Shown piece after piece: positions 26,050-32,000 of a DNA stretch of 32,000 bases. The notes below the pieces were generated by a model. That model had not been told where the DNA came from. It saw nothing but the letters and a program-made list of their open reading frames with translations, and made no database searches. The stretch covers positions 2,812,644 to 2,844,643 of the forward strand of contig NC_014831.1 of the NCBI RefSeq assembly GCF_000184705.1, written 5' to 3'. Positions within the stretch are counted from its first letter, which is position 1; each line of letters starts with the position of its first letter. Source of the DNA: Thermaerobacter marianensis DSM 12885 (lineage in GTDB: Bacteria; Bacillota; Sulfobacillia; Thermaerobacterales; Thermaerobacteraceae). The translations under genes and the position numbers were made by a program.

Positions 26050-26994
26050 TCACCGCGAACTCGCACCCTCCGGGCCCCGGCGCTCCCCGCCGGCCGGTCC
26101 CTTCGGGATGCGGATGCGCACCTCCACGAACTCCTCATAGTCCGCCTGTTCCATCTCCGCGGGCAACCCCGCCCGGCGCAGGGTATCTACGCCCGCCCGG
26201 ACCGTGTTCAGCAGGATCCGCACGTCCTTGATGGCCCGCAGCCCCTGCAGCCGCCGCTGCCGGCGCGTCGCCGGCTTGCCGCCCGTAGCCTCTCCCGCAC
26301 CGGCCCGCTCCGCCAGCACCTGCTCCACCCGCTGCTCCAGCCGGCGGACACTCCAACCCCCGGCCACCGCTTCCTGCAAGACCGCCTCTTGCAGCGCCGC
26401 CGTCGGCAACCGCAGCAACGCCCGGGCATGCCGCTCGCTCAGGCCCGCTGCCACGATCTGCTGCCGCACGTTCATCGGCAACCGCAACAGCCGCAGCTTG
26501 TTGGCAATGGTGGACTGCTGCCGGCCCAGCAGGGCCGCCAGCTGCTCCTGGGTGAGCCCGAACCGGTGGATCACGTCCTGGTACGCGGCGGCTTCCTCGA
26601 AGAACCCCAGTTCCTCGCGCTGCAGGTTCTCCACCAGCGCCAGCACCGCGGCGTCCTGATCGGGCAGAGGGCGGACGACGGCCGGCACCTCCTCCAACCC
26701 CGCCAGCCGGGCCGCCCGCCAGCGGCGCTCGCCGGCCACCAGCTCGTAGCCGCCATCCGCGGCCGGCCGCACCAGCAGCGGCTGCAGCAGCCCGACCTGC
26801 CGGATGGACTCCGCCAGCTCGGCCAGGGACGCTTCGTCGAAGTGCACCCGCGGCTGGAACGGATTCGGCCGGATGTCCGCCAGCCGGATCCGTTGCAGCC
26901 CCTGGTCGCCGCCGCGACCGGTGCCGCCGCCTCCGGCGTCGCGCCCTTCGTCCCGCTGCCCGGCCATCCAGGCCAGCCACTGCCCCGCTCGCAT
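26050..26994 (-). CDS. noc: Nucleoid occlusion protein Noc (ParB paralogue)
   Basis: ParB-like N-domain ([15 protein letters not shown]). Noc-type HTH region QSTIANKLRLLRLP and LSERHARALL. An amphipathic N-terminus (RAGQWLAWMAG). Located between rsmG and soj, as in Bacillus. ATG at 26994 is preceded by GGAGGAGG. Confidence 0.8.
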   Translation of the reverse strand: MRAGQWLAWMAGQRDEGRDAGGGGTGRGGDQGLQRIRLADIRPNPFQPRVHFDEASLAELAESIRQVGLLQPLLVRPAADGGYELVAGERRWRAARLAGLEEVPAVVRPLPDQDAAVLALVENLQREELGFFEEAAAYQDVIHRFGLTQEQLAALLGRQQSTIANKLRLLRLPMNVRQQIVAAGLSERHARALLRLPTAALQEAVLQEAVAGGWSVRRLEQRVEQVLAERAGAGEATGGKPATRRQRRLQGLRAIKDVRILLNTVRAGVDTLRRAGLPAEMEQADYEEFVEVRIRIPKGPAGGERRGPEGASSR

Positions 26995-27124
26995 ACCCTT
27001 CCTCCTCCGGTTCCCGCTCCCACGCCCGTCGCCTGGCACCATCCCGTCGACCACGCACCCCCAGCCCGTCCCCCGGCCGCGGGCCGTCCCGGCCCACCCG
27101 TGACCCCGCTTCCCTGCCGGCCGT

Positions 27125-27877
27125 TCAACCGTCCGCCTTCCTTCCCAGCGGCCGCCGGGCCGGCACCCCCGGCCGCCGCGGGTACCTCTCGGGCGTCGGC
27201 CGTTCCTTGACCGCTTCCACGATCACCCGCCGTCCCGCTCCGCCCGGCAGGCCGAAGCAGTGCCGATCCGCAAGCCGTCCGCCCAGAACCTCCGCCGCCC
27301 GCCGTCCCGCCGCCCATTCTTCCTCCACCCGCGGGCCCTTGTAGGCCCACAGCCGGCCCCCCGGACGCAGCAACGGAAGGCCGTATTCCAACACCACATC
27401 CAGCGGTGCCAACGCCCGGGCGGTCACGGCATCGGCCTGTCCCCGCCACTGCGGATCGCGCCCCACCTCTTCCGCCCGCCGCGCCGCCACCGTCACCCGC
27501 TCCGCCAATCCCAGCCGTTGCACCGCGTCCGCCAGGAACGCGGCCTTCTTCTGCTGCGCTTCCAGCAGCAGCCCGCGCCACCCCCGCCCCAGGGCCACCA
27601 GCAGCGGGATCCCCGGAAAGCCTGCCCCGCTGCCCAGGTCGACCAGCAACCCCTCCGCGGGCCACCCGCCCGGTACGGACAGCGCCAGCAGCGAGTCCAG
27701 GTAGTGGAGCACCAGGGCCTCGTCGTCGCGGTCGATGCCGGTCAGGTTGAACCGCGCCCCGGCCTCCCGCACCATCTCCCAGTGGACCCGCATGGCACTA
27801 ACGGCCGGGCCGTCCACCGCCACCCCGCAGGCGGCAGCCCGCCGGGCCAGTTCGTCCTTCCACCGCTGCGGATCCAC
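27125..27877 (-). CDS. rsmG: 16S rRNA (guanine527-N7)-methyltransferase RsmG (GidB)
   Basis: FNLTGI.....LV.HYLDSL and the SAM motif LVDLGSGAGFPGIPL, matching the RsmG family. Start taken as the GTG at 27877 (G-rich SD); the start is uncertain by some tens of codons. Confidence 0.88.
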   Translation of the reverse strand: MDPQRWKDELARRAAACGVAVDGPAVSAMRVHWEMVREAGARFNLTGIDRDDEALVLHYLDSLLALSVPGGWPAEGLLVDLGSGAGFPGIPLLVALGRGWRGLLLEAQQKKAAFLADAVQRLGLAERVTVAARRAEEVGRDPQWRGQADAVTARALAPLDVVLEYGLPLLRPGGRLWAYKGPRVEEEWAAGRRAAEVLGGRLADRHCFGLPGGAGRRVIVEAVKERPTPERYPRRPGVPARRPLGRKADG

Positions 27878-27974
27878 CGTCTCCCCCCTGCCCCTGCGCC
27901 GCCTCGACCCTGGCCGGCGTGCCGGCGTCCTGCGGTGCCGGGCGGCACGGCCCGCAAAAAACCGCCGGCCGGCC

Positions 27975-28670
27975 TCACGGCCGGCCGGTCGCCGCCATCC
28001 CGCCACCGCGTCCCGGCCGCCGGGGTACGATCACCACCCGCCGGTACGGTTCCGTCCCCGTACTCTCCGTCCGGACCTCCGGATGGTTTTGCAGCGCCAG
28101 GTGCACCACTCTCCGCTCCGCCGCCGGCATCGGTTCCAACGTCACCGGCCGGCGCGTCCGCCGGGCCCGTTCCGCCATCCGCAGGGCGAGCCGCTCCAGG
28201 AACTGCCGACGGCGCTCCCGGTAGCCGGCCACGTCCAGCACCACGCGGCGCCGCTCGTCGCTGACCCGGGCCGCCGCCACGTTGAGCAGGTATTGCAGGG
28301 CTTCCAGGGCGACGCCGTGCCGTCCGATGAAGGCCCCCAGTTCCGGGCCCCCCTCCATGCGAGCCACGATGCGGTCCGGCGCCTCCTCGACCGTGACCCG
28401 CGCCTCCAGCCCCGCCCGCCGGGCCAGTTCGTCCAAAAAGGCGGCGGCGAACCGGGCCTTGGTCGGCCGCACCCGGGCCCGGACCACCGCATCCCGCTGT
28501 CCCACCAGCCCCAGCCAGCCACGGGACGGCTCCACCACCACCTGGGCCTCCAGGTCCTCCCGTCCCACGCCCAGCTGGCGCGCCGCCGCGTCGAGAGCTT
28601 CCTCCACGGTGCGGCCCCGCACCTCGATCCACGGACCGGCTCCGAGCCCATCAGGAGACGCCGCGCTCAT
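27975..28670 (-). CDS. jag: Jag/KhpB RNA-binding protein (Jag_N, KH and R3H domains)
   Basis: 231 aa. N-terminal IEVRGRTVEEALDAAARQLGV (Jag_N), the KH-like GFIGRHGVALEALQYLLN, and the R3H-like LEPMPAAERRVVHLAL. The start overlaps the yidC stop by 20 nt. Confidence 0.9.
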   Translation of the reverse strand: MSAASPDGLGAGPWIEVRGRTVEEALDAAARQLGVGREDLEAQVVVEPSRGWLGLVGQRDAVVRARVRPTKARFAAAFLDELARRAGLEARVTVEEAPDRIVARMEGGPELGAFIGRHGVALEALQYLLNVAAARVSDERRRVVLDVAGYRERRRQFLERLALRMAERARRTRRPVTLEPMPAAERRVVHLALQNHPEVRTESTGTEPYRRVVIVPRRPGRGGGMAATGRP

Positions 28671-29325
28671 GCCCTTTCTTCCCCTTTCCCGCCGGTGCCG
28701 GCCCCGCCGGTGCCGGCGCGGGCTGCCGGTTCAACACCACCTGCTGCACGATGGAGAAGAGGTTGCTGGTCACCCAGTACAGGGCCAGCCCCGCGGGGAA
28801 GCTCCATGCGAAGAAGGTCAGCATCGCCGGCATGAGGACGAGCATGGTGCGTTGCTGGGGCTGCACGGTGGTCATCGAGGTCTTCATCTGGAAGTAGGTC
28901 GTCACGCCGGCCAGGACGGGCAGGATGGACAGGGGATCCCGCGCGCGCAAGTCGGGAATCCACAGGAAGGCGCCGCTGCTGAAGGTGCGCAGGGCAAGGA
29001 ACAGGGCGTAGAGGATCGGAAACTGGACCAGCAACGGCAGGCACCCCGAAGCGGGGTTCACGTTGTTCTCCCGCCAGAGCTTCATGATGGCCTCGTTGGC
29101 CTTCTGCGGGTTGTCGCGGTACTTCTTCTGGATCCGCTCGACCTCGGGCTGCAGCGCCTGCATCCGCTGCATGGACCGCATTTGCGAGATCGTAAGCGGC
29201 AGCAAGACCAGGCGCACCAGCACGGTGAACAGGATGATCGACAGGCCCGCGCTCCCCGTGACGGCGCGGCTCCACTCCAGCCCTGTCTCGATGGCGCCGA
29301 CGAACCACTGCCACAGTTGACTCAA
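28651..29325 (-). CDS. yidC: Membrane protein insertase YidC (short Firmicutes/Oxa1 type)
   Basis: ILFTVLVRLVLLPLTISQMRSMQRMQALQPEVERIQKKYRDNPQKANEAIMKLWRENNVNPASGCLPLLVQFPIL is the conserved YidC core. TTG at 29325 is preceded by GAAGGAGG with a 9-nt spacer; the track ORF start at 29361 is the alternative. Confidence 0.9.
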   Translation of the reverse strand: MSQLWQWFVGAIETGLEWSRAVTGSAGLSIILFTVLVRLVLLPLTISQMRSMQRMQALQPEVERIQKKYRDNPQKANEAIMKLWRENNVNPASGCLPLLVQFPILYALFLALRTFSSGAFLWIPDLRARDPLSILPVLAGVTTYFQMKTSMTTVQPQQRTMLVLMPAMLTFFAWSFPAGLALYWVTSNLFSIVQQVVLNRQPAPAPAGPAPAGKGKKGHERGVS

Positions 29326-29663
29326 ACCGGGGCGCCTCCTTCTGTCGTCCCCCACCCGCACCCGCCCGGAACCGCCCGCACCATCCTGGCGCCTTCGCGG
29401 CGCCGCCGTGGGCGCCCGGAACCCTCCCGGCCTCGCCCCCAGCCGGTGCAGGCTCCCTCACCACTACACACCGCCGGGCCGGGACGACTCGCCGGCGGGC
29501 GCGCGAGGATCCGGCCCACCACCCCTCCCCGGAGGACTGCGGAACGCCACCCCGCCTCCCCGGGCCCAGGCCCGCGCCCCGAATCCCCCGCCGGCGTTGG
29601 TGTTCACAATCTTCTGCCAATTCGACCACGCGTATCCTGAATCCTTGTCCCGCGCTCCCCGCG

Positions 29664-29876
29664 TCACGGCACCGGGTCGTGCCCGCCCCGCGCCCATGGG
29701 TGGCAGCGGAGGATCCGTCGCACGGCCAGCCAGCCGCCGCGCCAGGGCCCATACCGGGCCACGGCTTCCATCGCATAGGCGGAACAGGTCGGCGAGTAGC
29801 GGCAGGACGGGGGCTTGAGCGGCGAGATCCACTGCCGGTATAACCGCAGGGCCGCCAGGACCGCCCGCGTCAGCAC
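29664..29876 (-). CDS. yidD: Membrane protein insertion efficiency factor YidD
   Basis: 70 aa. [52 protein letters not shown] is the canonical YidD sequence. GTG at 29876 overlaps the rnpA 3' end by 7 nt. The 355-aa track ORF is otherwise an out-of-frame shadow of rnpA/rpmH. Confidence 0.85.
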   Translation of the reverse strand: MLTRAVLAALRLYRQWISPLKPPSCRYSPTCSAYAMEAVARYGPWRGGWLAVRRILRCHPWARGGHDPVP

Positions 29877-30445
29877 CGGGGTTCCCCCCCGCCGCCGGTG
29901 GCGCCGGTGGGACCTGCCCCGTTGCCGCGGGCATCGCGAAGGCCCCCTGTCGCAGGGGGCCTCAAGAGCCGCGCCTTCCCGAGGACGTCTTCCAGGGCGC
30001 GGCGGGCGGTCTTCCAATCCATGCCTGCCGCCGCATCGCGCGCCACCACCACCAGCCACCAGCCGGGCTCCACCCGCGGCGCCAGCTGCCGGTACGCCTC
30101 GGCCAGGAGGCGGCGTACCCGGTTCCGCCGCACCGCCTTGCCGAGCCGCCGGCCCACGGTGAAGCCGACCCGCGTCACGGGCACCGCAGCCGCCGCCGTC
30201 GGCCCGAACCGGCCCACCCGGATGGCCGGGCCCCCGGGCCCACCGGCCGGGTCTCCCGGAACCCCTGCCGCACCGGCGGGCGACGCCGCTCGCACCATCC
30301 GCGCCTCGCCGGGGCCCGCTCCCGCCGCCGTGGCCGGTCGCCACGCGTAAAGCGCCACCCAGCGGTTGGCCCAGGACCGGCCTGCCCGCCGGACCTGGCG
30401 GAAGTCGTCTCCGCGCCGCAGGCGCCACGTCCGGGGCAGGCTCAC
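29870..30445 (-). CDS. rnpA: Ribonuclease P protein component, with a roughly 50-aa low-complexity insertion
   Basis: [11 protein letters not shown] ... [27 protein letters not shown] (the RNR motif) ... WLVVVAR. GTG start preceded by GGGGGGAG. 191 aa, compared with about 115-120 aa typically. Confidence 0.85.
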   Translation of the reverse strand: MSLPRTWRLRRGDDFRQVRRAGRSWANRWVALYAWRPATAAGAGPGEARMVRAASPAGAAGVPGDPAGGPGGPAIRVGRFGPTAAAAVPVTRVGFTVGRRLGKAVRRNRVRRLLAEAYRQLAPRVEPGWWLVVVARDAAAGMDWKTARRALEDVLGKARLLRPPATGGLRDARGNGAGPTGATGGGGEPRC

Positions 30446-30460
30446 GGCAGCTCCCCCCGC

Positions 30461-30595
30461 TTAGACGGCCAGGCGGTGGCGCCCCTTGCGCCGGCGACGG
30501 GCCAGCACCTTGCGCCCGCCCTTGGTGCGCATGCGCACCAGGAACCCGTGGGTGCGGTGCCGGCGCCGCCGGTTGGGCTGAAACGTGCGCTTCAT
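30461..30595 (-). CDS. rpmH: 50S ribosomal protein L34
   Basis: [44 protein letters not shown] is the canonical 44-aa L34. The upstream 27 codons of the track ORF are rejected. Confidence 0.97.
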   Translation of the reverse strand: MKRTFQPNRRRRHRTHGFLVRMRTKGGRKVLARRRRKGRHRLAV

Positions 30596-30674
30596 CCCGT
30601 CCACCCCGCTTCCCGATCCGCAAGCCGCTGCGTGGATCGCCGCGGCGCGCCCGGCCTGCGGCGCGCCTTCGTGC

Positions 30675-30714
30675 AAAAACCGCCGGAAACCAGACGCGAT
30701 GCCCGTTCCGGCGG
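30675..30714 (-). terminator. Terminator-like hairpin with U-run inside the predicted rpmH 5' leader
   Basis: Minus strand reads CCGCCGGAA-(17 nt)-TTCCGGCGG followed by TTTTTG. It begins about 8 nt after the predicted TSS of the consensus promoter and ends 80 nt before the rpmH ATG. Confidence 0.5.
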
Positions 30715-30729
30715 CTAGAAAGCACGCCC

Positions 30730-30759
30730 ATTATAGCGAGGGGCTTTCCCGAGTGTCAA
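30730..30759 (-). promoter_or_regulatory. Consensus sigma-A promoter TTGACA-N18-TATAAT facing rpmH
   Basis: Minus strand reads TTGACA (30759-30754), an 18-nt spacer, then TATAAT (30735-30730). Both hexamers are perfect, which is striking at this GC content. Confidence 0.7.
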
Positions 30760-30768
30760 CGCGGCGCA

Positions 30769-30838
30769 ATCACTCAGGCAAAATGTAACCGAAGGGGTCC
30801 CGGATCACTCACGGAGAAATCTTACCGAAGGGACGTGC
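30769..30838 (+). repeat. Two tandem ~35-bp direct repeats just upstream of the transposase start (candidate subterminal transposase-binding sites or IS end)
   Basis: ATCACTCAGGCAAAATGTAACCGAAGGGG... (30769-30803) versus ATCACTCACGGAGAAATCTTACCGAAGGGA... (30804-30838). About 80 percent identity with one 1-nt indel. The shared cores are ATCACTCA and ACCGAAGGG. Confidence 0.7.
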
Positions 30839-30839
30839 T

Positions 30840-32000
30840 GTGCCAATGTCGCTCGCCAGCCGCCGGGAGTATCTCGCCACCATGCGAGAACGGTATTGGG
30901 CGGCCCGAACCCGCCGGGAATGCACCGAGATCCTGAACGAAGTCCAGCAAGTCTGTGGGTATCACCGCAAGTACGCGATCCGGGTCCTCCGACAGGCCAC
31001 GCCGCCGGCCCCGGCCAAGCGCCGTCGCAAGCGGGCGCTGCGCTACCTGGACGCCTTGCCGGTCATTGCACGGGTCTGGGAAGCGCTGGACTACCCTTGC
31101 GCCGAACGGCTTCACCCGGTCCTCCTGCCGATGGCCGAGCACCTGGCCGCCCACGGGGAAGTCGTCCTCACGGACGCTGTGCGCGAGGCCCTCCAGAAGA
31201 TCAGCCGGGCCACTCTGGCCCGGCGCCTTGCCACGATGCCTTCGCCCAAGCCGCGCCGCCGGCTCCCTCGTCCGCGACCGGGGCTCCTGCAAAGCCAGAT
31301 CCCCGTGGCCACCTACGACTGGGACGAAGCCCGCCCCGGGGCCTTGGAGGTCGATCTGGTCGAACACAACGGCGGCTCGACGGCCGGCCAATACGCATAC
31401 ACCCTCAGCATGGTCGACATCGTCACGGGCTGGAGCCGCCGCCGCGCTCTGCTCGGACGAAGCCAGCGCGCCGTCCATGACGCCATCGGGGACCTGATCG
31501 CCGAGTGGCCCTATCCGGTCTGGGGCCTTCATACCGACAACGGCGCCGAGTTCGTCAACCATCACCTGCACCGGTACGCCGAGGCGCACAACTTGACGTT
31601 CACCCGCAGCCGCCCCTATCGCAAGAACGACAACGCCCACGTCGAGCAGCGCAACCGCCAGCTGGTCCGGGAGATCGTCGGCTACGCCCGCTACGACCGC
31701 CCCGAGCAGGTCGAACAGCTCAACCGGCTCTACGCCCGCTTGGACCTCTACGCCAACCTGTTCCTCCCGACCCGGAAGCTCAAGAACAAGGTCCGCGACG
31801 GCGCCCGGGTGCGCAAATCCTACGACGCCGCCCGGCCCCCGCTGGATCGCATCCTTGAGCGCGACGTGCTCTCGCCTGAGGAACGGGCGCGCTGGCTGGC
31901 CCTACGGCAGTCCCTCAACCCCCTCCAGCTCCATCGGGAGTTGGATGCGCTCATCGCGGGCCTGCAGCATCCCCCGGAAACGGCCATGTCTGCGGATTGA
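30840..32000 (+). CDS. DDE transposase with integrase-core (rve) catalytic domain and N-terminal HTH
   Basis: 386 aa, with the stop at the window end. DD35E triad inferred from LEVDLVEH (D172), HTDNGAEF (D233) and NAHVEQRN (E269). GTG at 30840 (GAAGGGA upstream) or ATG at 30846. The E-region does not look like the IS3/IS481 GK(V/I)ER type, so the family (possibly ISNCY-like) is unresolved. Confidence 0.85.
   Translation: MPMSLASRREYLATMRERYWAARTRRECTEILNEVQQVCGYHRKYAIRVLRQATPPAPAKRRRKRALRYLDALPVIARVWEALDYPCAERLHPVLLPMAEHLAAHGEVVLTDAVREALQKISRATLARRLATMPSPKPRRRLPRPRPGLLQSQIPVATYDWDEARPGALEVDLVEHNGGSTAGQYAYTLSMVDIVTGWSRRRALLGRSQRAVHDAIGDLIAEWPYPVWGLHTDNGAEFVNHHLHRYAEAHNLTFTRSRPYRKNDNAHVEQRNRQLVREIVGYARYDRPEQVEQLNRLYARLDLYANLFLPTRKLKNKVRDGARVRKSYDAARPPLDRILERDVLSPEERARWLALRQSLNPLQLHRELDALIAGLQHPPETAMSAD

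Larger units (their letters stand above)
30769..32000 (+). mobile_element. Insertion sequence (left part; right end beyond the window), adjacent to the rpmH promoter
   Basis: A transposase ORF with AT-richer repeat-bearing sequence directly upstream. The exact left boundary is not determinable without the right inverted repeat. Confidence 0.6.

Noticed and set aside
26135-27665. Alternative-frame minus-strand ORFs (320 aa and 364 aa) across noc and rsmG
   Set aside because: Gly/Ala/Arg repeats only. The frames containing the Noc HTH and the RsmG SAM motif account for the region.
30631-30642. DnaA-box-like sequence GCGTGGATCG in the rpmH leader; isolated TGTGGAC-type matches also occur at about 2325, 8153 and 19436
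   Set aside because: At best 6-7 of 9 matches to TTATCCACA/TGTGGATAA, and the matches are single and scattered. No cluster exists that would define an oriC segment in this window.

Overview
This is a very GC-rich bacterial chromosome segment (by eye above 70 percent, not computed). Its gene order matches a Firmicutes-type origin-proximal core region, and almost everything is on the minus strand.

Reading from the high-coordinate end:
- rpmH-rnpA-yidD-yidC-jag-rsmG-noc-soj-parB-DUF4446, then a DagK-type lipid kinase and yyaC (plus strand).
- A livJHMGF-type branched-chain amino-acid ABC transporter that runs straight into a CvpA-like gene and a DUF951 gene.
- rpsF-ssb-rpsR, a small MazG-like gene, and rplI-dnaB-purA.
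- tRNA-Asp and tRNA-Thr bracketing an orphan secreted/membrane protein.
- An envelope cluster (M23/LysM/G5 peptidase, MA-type HExxH metallopeptidase, HtrA), then rlmH and a convergent, 5'-truncated class A PBP.

The window ends in a complete DDE (rve-type) transposase gene. It lies immediately outside the rpmH promoter, where dnaA/oriC would normally be expected. The sporulation-linked yyaC, noc and the composition suggest a high-GC thermophilic Firmicute of the Thermaerobacter/Symbiobacterium type; this is inference only.

Most long ORFs in the six-frame track are high-GC shadow ORFs or spurious 5' extensions. I trimmed starts by locating Shine-Dalgarno motifs (GGAGG-like) 5-10 nt upstream of in-frame ATG/GTG/TTG codons.

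I found no defence island, CRISPR array, toxin-antitoxin pair or convincing novel multi-gene system; this is essentially a housekeeping region. The points most worth a second look are:
- the IS element and its 35-bp tandem repeats at the rpmH/origin junction;
- a consensus promoter followed directly by a terminator-like hairpin ahead of rpmH;
- a perfect parS between noc and soj;
- a perfect palindrome resembling a Noc-binding site;
- mutually exclusive hairpins after rpsR;
- the absence of mnmE/mnmG between jag and rsmG;
- the tRNA-bracketed orphan membrane protein.
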